Below, piece by piece: positions 19,518-28,969 of a stretch of 64,000 bases of DNA. A model generated the notes under the pieces. That model worked only from the letters and a program-made list of their open reading frames with translations. It made no database searches and was not told the origin of the DNA. A program made the position numbers and the translations under genes. Positions within the stretch are counted from its first letter, which is position 1; the number at the start of each line of letters is the position of its first letter. Location of the stretch: NCBI GenBank assembly GCA_044359765.1, contig JBIKLN010000004.1, positions 5,423 to 69,422 of the forward strand, read 5' to 3'. This DNA comes from Patescibacteria group bacterium. Lineage in GTDB: Bacteria; Pseudomonadota; Alphaproteobacteria; Paracaedibacterales; CAIULA01.

Positions 19518-22108
19518 ACAAGTATGTTTATAATATTTCAAATCGTTTGTCTTTGCGTGAACCTCAACGAAAATCTTTAGAAATTTTGTCAGATATTACA
19601 GACCTGATTTCTATCAAAGAAAAGAATGACCTAGAGGAAACTCTGAACTGTCTCCAACAAAAATTTCCAAACGTTAAGGGGTTTGATCGTGAGTTTCCAT
19701 CACTCTGTTTTTCTTTGGCCACAGGTGTTGGAAAAACACGCTTGATGGGGGCGTTTATCACTTACTTATATTCAGCTCACCATATTAAGAATTTTTTTGT
19801 CTTAGCCCCTAACCTTACTATCTATAACAAGCTTATTTCCGACTTCACCCCAAACACGCCAAAATACGTATTTAAGGGGATTGCTGATTTTGCAGTAATT
19901 CCCCCTGTCATCATTACAGGCGAAAATTATGGGTGGTCTGCGCGAAATTTATATACAAACAAAGATGCTTGCAATATAAGCATCTTCAACATTTCTAAAA
20001 TTAATTCAGAAGTACGAGGTGGTAAATCTCCAAAATTTAAGCGTATATCTGAATATTTAGGGCAAAGCTATTTTGACCATTTATCCCAGATTGGCGACCT
20101 TGTTATCATAATGGATGAGTCGCACCGATACCGAGCAAGTGCGGGCATTAAAGCCATTAATGATTTAAAACCCATAATGGGGTTAGAACTAACGGCCACA
20201 CCTTTTACGGAAGCTGGTAAAAAGCATACCTTTTTTCAAAATATTGTTTATGACTATGCTTTGGGACAAGCCATAAAAGATGGTTTTGTCAAAGTTCCCG
20301 CTGTTGTAACACGGGAAAATTTTAATCCTCAGCATATGACACAGCAGGAAATTGAGAGACTTAAATTAGAGGATGGTATAGCCCTTCATGAACAAACAAA
20401 AGCTAAACTTAAAACCTACTCTCATGTATCGAGAAAAGATTTTGTGAAGCCATTTGTTCTAGTCATTGCAAGAGATATAAGCCATGCAAAACATCTTTTT
20501 GAGGTTATAGAATCAGACACTTTTTTTAACGGCAACTATAAAGGAAAAGTAATTCAAGTAGATTCTAGCCAATCAGGTGAAAAAGAAGATGAAATGGTTG
20601 AGCGTCTTTTGGCCGTTGAGTCAAAAGAAGAGCCCACAGAAATAGTAATTCATGTGAATATGCTGAAAGAAGGGTGGGATGTGACAAACCTTTACACGAT
20701 TATTCCCCTAAGGGCTGCCAATGCCCGAACACTCGTAGAGCAATCCGTTGGTAGGGGGCTTCGTCTTCCCTATGGAAAAAGAACGGGGGATAGAGACTTA
20801 GACCGCCTGAGCATTATAGCTCATGATAGGTTTCAAGAAATTGTGGATGACTCTAAAAAAGAGGACTCTCCAATTCAGCTTGAGCAGGTTGTGTTAACAA
20901 ATGAGCAGCTGCGTGAAAAAATAGAAACTGTAAGTGCAACCTTAAGAGTCAATCAAGTGCTCATGAAAGAATCTGACATAAAAAATGCTCATAGAACAAT
21001 GGATATCATTTACGAATTTGGTGTTACTAATGATTCTGTACAAAGGCTTGAGGATTACAAAAATCCTAAAATCTTTAAAGACCTTGTAGCTGAGATTAAT
21101 CAAGATTCTGGACAGACATTGGAACCCAATAATGTTCAAAAAATCTTAGGTAGCCTTGTGGCGAACACAATACAAATTCCAAGAATTGCCATTCGTCCTA
21201 AGGAAAACAAATGTGGGTTTAAAACCTTTTTACTTAATATCGATAACATGCGTTACCAGCCACCGACTGATGAAGCCTTACATGTTCAAAATCTACACGA
21301 TGGTGAAAGTTCATCTGTGGTTTTTAATGCACCTCAACATAACGAAAAAGAGCTTGAGGATTATATTATCTCTCCCCTTATAGATTTTGACGATATTTCA
21401 TATGAAGAAAACTCCATTCTAATTAATAATCTGGCACAACAGGTCATCAATCATTTCAGGTCATATCTTCCTGAAAAAGATATCTTAAAAGTGGTTCGGT
21501 ATTATGCTAGAGAAATAGCCCAGTCAATTCGTGAACAAATGGGTCATCATTACTGGGAAGAAAATTCAGAGTTTGAAACTGTGGAGGTTTCTGGTTTTAC
21601 AAAGATTAAGGAGCCCCGTTTTAATTATGTAAACGGCAAAAGATTAGATTTCAGAAATACTTCCTTTGATAAGGAAAAAATATCCTCTTACATATTTTTT
21701 GGTTTTGAGCGGTGCATTTTTGATATTCAGAAATTTGATTCTAACCCTGAAAGAATACTTGCAATCATTTTGGACAGAGATAGCCTCAAATGGTTCAAAC
21801 CAGCACGGGACCAATTTGACATTTACTATAAACATAGTGAAATACAAAAAAAATATGAGCCTGATTTCATAGCCGAAATGAAAGACTGCATTTGCATGAT
21901 AGAGGTGAAGGCAAATAATGAAATGAACGATGAGATTGTTTTGGTAAAGAAAGAGGCTGCGTGGAGTTGGTGCGAAAATGCCTCTAAATTTGCTGAAAAA
22001 ACTGGCTCAAAGCCCTGGCTCTATATAATTATTCCTCACGATGATTTAAGGGACAATATGACTCTAGGGGGGTTGGTGAAAAAATACATAACAGCGCCAA
22101 TTTGCTAA
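19514..22108 (+). CDS. res: Type III restriction enzyme, Res subunit (SF2 helicase-nuclease)
   Basis: Walker A LATGVGKTRL, motif II IMDESHRY and motif VI QSVGRGLRL are present. The C terminus has a PD-(D/E)xK-like nuclease motif (EPDFIAEM...MIEVKA). Confidence 0.9.
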   Translation: MNKYVYNISNRLSLREPQRKSLEILSDITDLISIKEKNDLEETLNCLQQKFPNVKGFDREFPSLCFSLATGVGKTRLMGAFITYLYSAHHIKNFFVLAPNLTIYNKLISDFTPNTPKYVFKGIADFAVIPPVIITGENYGWSARNLYTNKDACNISIFNISKINSEVRGGKSPKFKRISEYLGQSYFDHLSQIGDLVIIMDESHRYRASAGIKAINDLKPIMGLELTATPFTEAGKKHTFFQNIVYDYALGQAIKDGFVKVPAVVTRENFNPQHMTQQEIERLKLEDGIALHEQTKAKLKTYSHVSRKDFVKPFVLVIARDISHAKHLFEVIESDTFFNGNYKGKVIQVDSSQSGEKEDEMVERLLAVESKEEPTEIVIHVNMLKEGWDVTNLYTIIPLRAANARTLVEQSVGRGLRLPYGKRTGDRDLDRLSIIAHDRFQEIVDDSKKEDSPIQLEQVVLTNEQLREKIETVSATLRVNQVLMKESDIKNAHRTMDIIYEFGVTNDSVQRLEDYKNPKIFKDLVAEINQDSGQTLEPNNVQKILGSLVANTIQIPRIAIRPKENKCGFKTFLLNIDNMRYQPPTDEALHVQNLHDGESSSVVFNAPQHNEKELEDYIISPLIDFDDISYEENSILINNLAQQVINHFRSYLPEKDILKVVRYYAREIAQSIREQMGHHYWEENSEFETVEVSGFTKIKEPRFNYVNGKRLDFRNTSFDKEKISSYIFFGFERCIFDIQKFDSNPERILAIILDRDSLKWFKPARDQFDIYYKHSEIQKKYEPDFIAEMKDCICMIEVKANNEMNDEIVLVKKEAAWSWCENASKFAEKTGSKPWLYIIIPHDDLRDNMTLGGLVKKYITAPIC

Positions 22109-22153
22109 CAAGCTTTCTACAATCTTTATTAGAGAAGCAAGGAGCAGGCGCAG

Positions 22154-22718
22154 TTAGAACGTCAGCCCCCTATTTGCCCAAGCTTTTAGAATTTTTTTCT
22201 TAGATTCCTTAGATAGGTTAACCCCTTTCAACTCCAATCGCAAAAGTCCAGACGCAGAAGCAATCAAATCACAGAGACTTTTTATATTGACGCTTGAGCA
22301 TCCACTGAGATTAAGCTCGAGCAAAGATTTCGATCCTTCTAAAGCCTTGAAACAAGGTGAATCTTCTCTCCATCTTCACCAGTAAAACCATTCTGGAAAA
22401 GACGAAGAAAGTCTAAAAAACCATCCTCTGTTATCTCATCAGACGTAAGATTTAAAAACTCCAAATTCGTAATACAATCACCTCGTTAATAAAAAAAGAG
22501 GGGATACTATCTGTAGAAATACGTAGTAAATCTGCATTAATAGAAGGCTGAAAATTAAAAAATACACTTTTGTTGTATTGCTTGTAGTAATCAAGAGCTA
22601 GCTCATATATTTCTCCGAAGGTTCGTTCTTCTTTAAGCTTGATCAGCCCCATATCATTTGGAAATTTTTCCTTATTAAGTTCTAGAAAATTTGCTGAGTT
22701 GAAAGCGGAGGTGGTTTG
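22154..22718 (-). pseudogene. Decayed leucine-rich-repeat (cysteine-containing/RNI-like LRR) gene
   Basis: Minus-strand translation gives three consecutive reading-frame pieces. They are ...MGLIKLKEERTFGEIYELALDYYKQ...VLRIWSF*, then NLTSDEITEDGFLDFLRLFQNGFTGEDGEKIHLVSRL*, then EGSKSLLELNLSGCSSVNIKSLCDLIASASGLLRLELKGVNLSKESKKKILKAWANRGLTF*. The LxxLxLxxC periodicity is interrupted by frame changes and stops. Confidence 0.45.
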
Positions 22719-22767
22719 CCAATATAATTAATTTTATTAAAATTATTTATTTAAGGTGGGCCTTCTC

Positions 22768-24549
22768 ATGCAAGCATATACAATTGTTGACCATTATTAT
22801 GATGTGGTGGTAGTGGGCGCTGGCGGGGCTGGCCTTCGGGCTACTTTGGGCATGTGCGCGGCAGGTTTAAAAACGGCTTGTGTTACCAAGGTTTTTCCAA
22901 CGCGCAGTCATACAGTGGCAGCTCAAGGTGGTATTAGCGCAGCCTTAGACAATATGAACCAGGGCGATGATTGGCGTTATCATTTTTATGATACCATCAA
23001 AGGGTCTGACTGGTTGGGAGACCAAGATGCCATTGAATACATGTGCAAAAACGCAGTAGATGCGGTGGTGGAGCTGGAACATTTTGGTGTGCCTTTTTCC
23101 CGCACAGACAGTGGAAAAATTTATCAGCGGGCTTTTGGTGGGCATACAATTAAACAAGGCGAGTCTATGGCCAACCGCGCCTGTGCGGCAGCAGACCGTA
23201 CAGGACACGCCATTTTGCACACACTGTACCAGCAATGCCTTAAACATGAGGCTGAGTTCTTTATTGAATATTTCGCCCTAGACCTGATTATGGACGATGG
23301 CGTGTGTAAAGGCATAGTAGCCTGGTGTTTGGACGATGGAACCATTCATCGCTTTCATGCCCACATGGTTGTTTTAGCCACAGGGGGCTATGGCCGTATT
23401 TACTTTTCTTGTACAGGAGCCCATACCTGTACGGGCGATGGGAATGGCTTGGTTCTACGTGCGGGCCTGCCCTTGCAAGACATGGAATTTATTCAGTTTC
23501 ATCCAACAGGCCTATACGGCATTGGGTGTTTGATGAGTGAGGCTGCCCGCGGTGAAGGTGGGTACCTAAGTAATTCAGAAGGGGAACGTTTTATGCCCCG
23601 TTACGCCCCAAAAGCCAAAGATTTGGCGTCTCGGGATGTGGTCAGTCGGGCCATTACTGTTGAGATTTTAGAGGGTCGCGGTGTGGGGCCACGTAAAGAT
23701 TATGTGAATTTACACCTAGAACATTTAGGGGCTGATGTGATTAATCAGCGTCTTCCTGGCATTACGGATATGGCAAAAACATTTTGCGGCGTAGACGCAA
23801 CGATAGAACCCATACCCGTTTTACCAACCGTGCATTATAACATGGGGGGAATTCCCACCAACATTCATGGCGAAGTATTGAAAAATTCTAAGGAAGAGGT
23901 TGTGCCAGGCCTTATGGCTATAGGTGAGGCCGCTTGTGTTTCTGTGCACGGAGCCAATCGTTTGGGAACAAATTCCTTACTTGACCTTATTGTGTTTGGT
24001 CGTGCTGCGGCCCTTCGGGCACGGGAGTTGATTCAGCCCAATGCCGAACACATGCCCATGCATGCTAATGCGACTGATGAAACCATACATCGTTTTGATA
24101 AGCTGCGCCATGCAGATGGCAGGCTTGGTACGGCAGAAATTCGCCTGAAAATGCAGCAAACCATGCAAAACCACTGCGCCGTATTTCGCAAACAAGATAT
24201 TTTGGAAAAGGGCATACAAGAATTGTCTGAAGCTTACGCAATGTTAGAAGATATTCAGATAAAAGACCGCTCCTTGATTTGGAATACGGATTTGATGGAG
24301 GCTTTGGAGCTTCAAAACATGATGCCTCAGGCTATGGTTACTTTGCAGTCAGCCTTGTACAGAACGGAAAGCCGTGGCGCCCATGCCCGCGATGATTTCC
24401 CAGAACGGGACGATGTGAACTGGCTGAAGCATACCCTATGCTGGTGGGACGAGAGTCAAAAAACACACGCCCTTGATAGTCGGCCTGTTCATATGAACAC
24501 TCTTACAAAAGATGTGACCCCCATTCCCTTACAAAAACGGGTCTATTAA
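22768..24549 (+). CDS. sdhA: Succinate dehydrogenase flavoprotein subunit
   Basis: Motifs present: [13 protein letters not shown], the FAD-histidine motif [10 protein letters not shown], and HPTGLYG. RBS AAGGTGGG lies upstream of ATG 22768. Confidence 0.95.
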   Translation: MQAYTIVDHYYDVVVVGAGGAGLRATLGMCAAGLKTACVTKVFPTRSHTVAAQGGISAALDNMNQGDDWRYHFYDTIKGSDWLGDQDAIEYMCKNAVDAVVELEHFGVPFSRTDSGKIYQRAFGGHTIKQGESMANRACAAADRTGHAILHTLYQQCLKHEAEFFIEYFALDLIMDDGVCKGIVAWCLDDGTIHRFHAHMVVLATGGYGRIYFSCTGAHTCTGDGNGLVLRAGLPLQDMEFIQFHPTGLYGIGCLMSEAARGEGGYLSNSEGERFMPRYAPKAKDLASRDVVSRAITVEILEGRGVGPRKDYVNLHLEHLGADVINQRLPGITDMAKTFCGVDATIEPIPVLPTVHYNMGGIPTNIHGEVLKNSKEEVVPGLMAIGEAACVSVHGANRLGTNSLLDLIVFGRAAALRARELIQPNAEHMPMHANATDETIHRFDKLRHADGRLGTAEIRLKMQQTMQNHCAVFRKQDILEKGIQELSEAYAMLEDIQIKDRSLIWNTDLMEALELQNMMPQAMVTLQSALYRTESRGAHARDDFPERDDVNWLKHTLCWWDESQKTHALDSRPVHMNTLTKDVTPIPLQKRVY

Positions 24550-24605
24550 AGCGCTATATGGCACGGTCTTTGCAATTCTTTTGCTAGTTCAGCAAAGGAA
24601 TTGTT

Positions 24606-25415
24606 ATGTTTTGGAAAATCATATTTTTGCTTACGCTATTTGCGCGTTTAAGTTTTGGTTGCCATGTTTTTATTCAGCAACAGGAAAAACTTTTAGGCAT
24701 TCCTGAAAATTTGCTTTATTCCGTAGCGTTGGTGGAGTCAGGTCGTTTAGATGGGGCTGGTAAGCGTGTTGCCTGGCCGTGGACAATTAATGTAAACGGC
24801 AAAGGGTACGTGTTTCCAACAAAGGATGAGGCCATTCAAGCTGTTAAAAAATTCCAGCAAAAAGGAATTAAAAGTATTGATGTGGGGTGTATGCAAATTA
24901 ACCTAAAACATCACCCCCATGCGTTTCGTAATTTATCTGATGGGTTTGACCCCCAACTGAATGTGGCCTATGCAGCCCAGTATTTGCAAGAATTAAAAGA
25001 ACAATACGAAAGCTGGTACGCAGCTGTTGCCCACTACCATTCGTCCACACCAAAATTTCACACACCCTATCGGGCTAAAGTTGTGAATATGTGGGAAAAA
25101 ATGCGAAAAAAACAAGGCATTAAAGTTCCTGCTTTAATGGACATAAATTTTATGCATAAAAGCAAGTCTTCGAGGGTTTCAAACATACCTACTTCGCAAG
25201 ATATGGTGCGCTTTACAACCTATGAACACGTAGGACATACGCAAGAAATACAAAAATCAGCCCCTATTATTGGTCCACCAGGCGCTTTTATTCCACTGAA
25301 TGCAGCCCGTTCTATTCCTGTGAATGCCCGTGTTCGGGTAAAAACACATACCTATGCCGTTGAGGGTGCAGCGCAAACACATAACGGAAAGGTATTTTAT
25401 AGTTTGCGATCTTAA
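24606..25415 (+). CDS. Lytic transglycosylase (SLT domain) with signal peptide
   Basis: The product has a signal peptide, a catalytic Glu context SVALVESGR, and WPWTINVNGKGY and VGCMQIN motifs. Confidence 0.75.
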   Translation: MFWKIIFLLTLFARLSFGCHVFIQQQEKLLGIPENLLYSVALVESGRLDGAGKRVAWPWTINVNGKGYVFPTKDEAIQAVKKFQQKGIKSIDVGCMQINLKHHPHAFRNLSDGFDPQLNVAYAAQYLQELKEQYESWYAAVAHYHSSTPKFHTPYRAKVVNMWEKMRKKQGIKVPALMDINFMHKSKSSRVSNIPTSQDMVRFTTYEHVGHTQEIQKSAPIIGPPGAFIPLNAARSIPVNARVRVKTHTYAVEGAAQTHNGKVFYSLRS

Positions 25416-25488
25416 TTATACCCTAGGAATTGCGCAGTAACTTTTTAAACGGTACCATAGGGTAATGAATCTTTTTTAGACATAGCCC

Positions 25489-26964
25489 ATGATTTCTGCG
25501 ATTATTCCCAATTTTTGGCCAGCCCTTAGCGAAATAACCCTTATTTTGGGTGCTATTATTTTGTTGGGTATGGGGTTGTGGCTAAAAAAACAGCCTGTTC
25601 GCTTATGTTTTTATGCCGCTGAGGGTATTGTGGCCCTGGCTTTAATTGTGCTTCTTATGCAAACGAAAGAAACTATTTTAACCTTCAATGGATTTTTTAT
25701 CAGTGATCCCTTTTCTGTTCTAAGTAAGGGGGTTATTTTGTTCGTATCTTTTTTATGTTTGGTGCTTACCCGTTTTGCTGTTACAAGCAGTGAATTTAGT
25801 CGTGCTGAGTATCCAGCCCTTATTCTATTTTCCCTTGTGGGCATGTTAGTTATGGTTTCAGCCAATGATTTTTTGTCCCTATTCATGGGGGTGGAACTTC
25901 AAAGTCTTAGCCTTTATATATTGGTGGCTATTCGTCGTCAGCAGGCAAACTCCAGCGAGTCAGCTTTGAAATACTTTATTTTAGGCGCCCTATCAACAGG
26001 GATTTTCTTGTATGGTTGCACACTTATATATGGTTTCAGTGGCACAACGAATTTTAAGGCCCTGGAACATTTATTTAAAACCCCAACGGAACATGCCCAT
26101 TCTTTCCAATGCTTGGTTGGTGTTTTCTTTATTGTGGCTTCTTTAGCCTTTAAATTATCCTTGGCCCCCTTACATATGTGGATTCCTGATGTGTACCAAG
26201 GAACGCCCACATCATTAGTAACTTTCTTAGCCACAGCACCAAAATTTGCAGTCTTTAGTGTTTTAACACGTGTTTTAGTTGAACCTTTTGGGGGCTTGCA
26301 TGCCAAGTGGCAGTTTGTACTGCAAGGGTTTGCCTGCCTTTCTATGATTTGGGGGGCCTTAGGTGTTTTAAACCAACAGAACATTAAAAGATTTATGGCA
26401 TACAGTTCCATAGGACACATGGGGTTTCTTATGATTGGCCTATCTATGCTAAGCGACACAGGAATTAAGGGCAGCGTTGTGTATATGATTTTTTATGCCC
26501 TTATGACCTTGGGCTTTTTTGGGGCTTTGCTGTATATGGCCCGTCATGGCAAAAATGTTCAAACCCTGTCCGACTTGAATGGCCTGGGCCGCACCTATCC
26601 TGCTATAGCCTTTGTCTTAGGGTTTATGATTTTTTCTATGGCGGGTATCCCACCCCTTCCCGGTTTTCTGCCAAAGCTGTTTGTGTTACGTGCTGCCATT
26701 AACCATAACGCGTATTTTTTATGTTGTGTTGCTGTTGTGTACAGTGTTCTTGCTGCAGCCTATTATCTTGTCATGCTGAAGGCTATTTTTATGGATACCC
26801 CACAGCCTAGCACTGTCACCAATAGTGTTGTGGGACATAATCGTACATTTTTATCTATGTTTTTGGTTTTAACGGGCATTGTTATTGCCCTAACCTGCCT
26901 GCTGATTGCCCCTGATTTTCTTTTGAAATACGTAAGTGAGGCCGTAACTGAATTGGTGTATTAA
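25489..26964 (+). CDS. nuoN: NADH-quinone oxidoreductase subunit N
   Basis: The 491-aa product is polytopic (about 14 TM helices) with antiporter-like motifs (ESALKYFILGALSTGIFLYG, HMWIPDVYQG, SSIGHMGF). Confidence 0.85.
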   Translation: MISAIIPNFWPALSEITLILGAIILLGMGLWLKKQPVRLCFYAAEGIVALALIVLLMQTKETILTFNGFFISDPFSVLSKGVILFVSFLCLVLTRFAVTSSEFSRAEYPALILFSLVGMLVMVSANDFLSLFMGVELQSLSLYILVAIRRQQANSSESALKYFILGALSTGIFLYGCTLIYGFSGTTNFKALEHLFKTPTEHAHSFQCLVGVFFIVASLAFKLSLAPLHMWIPDVYQGTPTSLVTFLATAPKFAVFSVLTRVLVEPFGGLHAKWQFVLQGFACLSMIWGALGVLNQQNIKRFMAYSSIGHMGFLMIGLSMLSDTGIKGSVVYMIFYALMTLGFFGALLYMARHGKNVQTLSDLNGLGRTYPAIAFVLGFMIFSMAGIPPLPGFLPKLFVLRAAINHNAYFLCCVAVVYSVLAAAYYLVMLKAIFMDTPQPSTVTNSVVGHNRTFLSMFLVLTGIVIALTCLLIAPDFLLKYVSEAVTELVY

Positions 26965-26970
26965 GCAACC

Positions 26971-28311
26971 ATGACACAATTTTTTGAATCTTTAGCGCGA
27001 CAAATTCTAGACATTCCCGATGTGCAAACTTATGGGCGTGTGCGATCTATCCATGGCCTTTTGGTAACTGTGAATTTTCACGCTAATGTTTTAGCCTTAG
27101 GCAGCCGATGTTTAATAGAATGTCAAAACGCCCCCTCCATTTTAGCTGAGGTCATAGGTTTTGATGATACGTCCGTCATCATGATGCCCTTTGGTGATTT
27201 GATGGGAATTCGCCCTGGGGCCCGTGTGTATTTTTTGGAGCAGCAACCCTTAGTATACCCTCATATTAGTTGGCTTGGCCGTGTTATTAACGCCATAGGT
27301 GAACCTATTGACCGTCAAGGTGCCTTATTGCGTGGAAACACAGGTTACCCAATTCACGGAGCCCCCCTTGTTTCCCACCAACGAACGCGTGTGGAATGGC
27401 CTTTAAGTGTGGGGGTGCGGGCTATCAACACATTTTTAACCTTATGCCAGGGACAGCGTATGGGAATTTTTGCAGGGTCTGGCGTTGGAAAATCCATGCT
27501 TATGTCCATGCTGGCACGGTATACAGAATGCGATGTGTGTGTTATTGGCCTTGTGGGAGAACGAGGTCGGGAAGTCAAAGAATTCATCGAAAACGCCTTG
27601 GGCGAAGAGGGGTTGAAACGAAGCATTATGGTGGTAGCTACTTCTGATGAGCCTGCTCTTATGCGTCGTGAGGCTGCCTATTTTGCCATTACCTTAGCCG
27701 AATATTTTCGCGACCAAGGCATGTCTGTTTTATGTATGATTGACAGCGTAACACGATTTGCCATGGCACAACGGGAAATTGGTTTGTCCGCAGGCGAACC
27801 GCCTACAACCAAAGGCTATACACCCACCGTTTTTGCAGAACTACCTAAATTATTAGAACGGGCAGGACCTGGCATTGAAGACCCCCAAACAGGCAAAGCA
27901 GGAACAATTACAGGAATTTTTACCGTTTTAGTAGACGGGGACGACCATAACGAACCCATTGCTGACGCAGCACGGGGAATTTTGGATGGTCATATCGTAT
28001 TAGAACGGGCCATTGCAGAACGGGGACATTTCCCCGCCATTAATATTTTGCGCAGCGTATCCCGCATGGTGCCCGCCTGTCATAGTGAGGAACAAAATAA
28101 ACTTGTGCGCCAAGCACGGTCCATTTTAGCAACCTACGAAGACATGGCCGATATGATTCGGTTGGGTGCCTATCGTAAAGGAAGCAGTACGGAGGTAGAC
28201 CGTGCCATGGATTTTTATCCAAAAATTATGGAATTCCTTGCCCAAGACAGCAACGAAGAAACAGACCTTATTGAATCTTTTCAACGTTTGGAACAGGTTT
28301 TACAAACGTAA
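26971..28311 (+). CDS. fliI: Flagellar/type III secretion ATPase FliI
   Basis: Walker A AGSGVGKSML, GLVGERGREV and Walker B VLCMIDSVTRFA are present. The gene starts 6 nt after the nuoN stop. Confidence 0.85.
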   Translation: MTQFFESLARQILDIPDVQTYGRVRSIHGLLVTVNFHANVLALGSRCLIECQNAPSILAEVIGFDDTSVIMMPFGDLMGIRPGARVYFLEQQPLVYPHISWLGRVINAIGEPIDRQGALLRGNTGYPIHGAPLVSHQRTRVEWPLSVGVRAINTFLTLCQGQRMGIFAGSGVGKSMLMSMLARYTECDVCVIGLVGERGREVKEFIENALGEEGLKRSIMVVATSDEPALMRREAAYFAITLAEYFRDQGMSVLCMIDSVTRFAMAQREIGLSAGEPPTTKGYTPTVFAELPKLLERAGPGIEDPQTGKAGTITGIFTVLVDGDDHNEPIADAARGILDGHIVLERAIAERGHFPAINILRSVSRMVPACHSEEQNKLVRQARSILATYEDMADMIRLGAYRKGSSTEVDRAMDFYPKIMEFLAQDSNEETDLIESFQRLEQVLQT

Positions 28312-28321
28312 ATTCCATTCC

Positions 28322-28870
28322 TTAGGGGAATGCATAACTATTTGCATATTCCATAACCTCTTGTGGATTGGAAACAAATTTCACCAACTGGCTATGTTCC
28401 TGGCGGGCAAATTTTTGTTCAATAATTTCATCCATCAACGCTTTTAAAGGGTCCCAATAATTTTCCACGTTCACAACAACAATGGGTTTATGGTGCAAAT
28501 TAATTTGGCGCCAGGTAATAATTTCAAACAATTCGTCCAGAGTACCAAATCCACCTGGTAAAATAACAAACATATCACCCTTTTCGGACATGCGCATTTT
28601 TCGCGTATGCATAGTGTCAACCACACATAGTTCGCTTAGGTTAGGGTGAGCCCCCTCCCGTTCGTCTAAGTGTTCTGTTGTATAACCAACAGCCACACCA
28701 CCTCTATCAATGGCTGCATCGGCTACCAGGCCCATTAGGCCCAATCGGCCGCCACCGTATACAAGACCATACCCATTTTGACCAATGAGTCCACCCAGCT
28801 CTATAGCTGCATTTTTATAAACGGGTGCAGCATCTTGAGATGCACCACAATAAACACACAAAAACTTCAT
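28322..28870 (-). CDS. LOG family (TIGR00730) nucleotide 5'-monophosphate nucleosidase
   Basis: The GGGRLGLMG and PGGFGTLDELFE motifs are present. Confidence 0.85.
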   Translation of the reverse strand: MKFLCVYCGASQDAAPVYKNAAIELGGLIGQNGYGLVYGGGRLGLMGLVADAAIDRGGVAVGYTTEHLDEREGAHPNLSELCVVDTMHTRKMRMSEKGDMFVILPGGFGTLDELFEIITWRQINLHHKPIVVVNVENYWDPLKALMDEIIEQKFARQEHSQLVKFVSNPQEVMEYANSYAFP

Positions 28871-28909
28871 TGCATTTGTCCTTTTTTATGACGTCTTTTA
28901 ATTCTAGCA

Positions 28910-28938
28910 TTGATTTGCCAAGCTCTCACAAATAGAAT
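28910..28938 (+). promoter_or_regulatory. Candidate sigma70-type promoter for vgrG
   Basis: TTGATT (28910-28915), a 17-nt spacer and TAGAAT (28933-28938) lie about 30 nt upstream of the vgrG GTG start at 28970. Confidence 0.4.
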
Positions 28939-28969
28939 TACATAAAATTTGTTAAAAATTAGTTAATTT

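Noticed and set aside
22945-24219. Multiple 60-100-aa ORFs inside or antisense to sdhA. Similar ones occur inside tkt, gap, nuoN, fliI, glnA, the terminase, hemC, the autotransporter, mfd and polA.
   Set aside because: Each is nested in a long ORF with unambiguous conserved motifs. None has an independent signal, and they are typical shadow ORFs.
24550-24605. Short stems after sdhA (CTTTGC...GCAAAG). Similar ones follow the SLT gene at 25416-25488. Both were considered as terminators.
   Set aside because: The stems are only 6 bp, with loops of 19-30 nt and no convincing U-tract.
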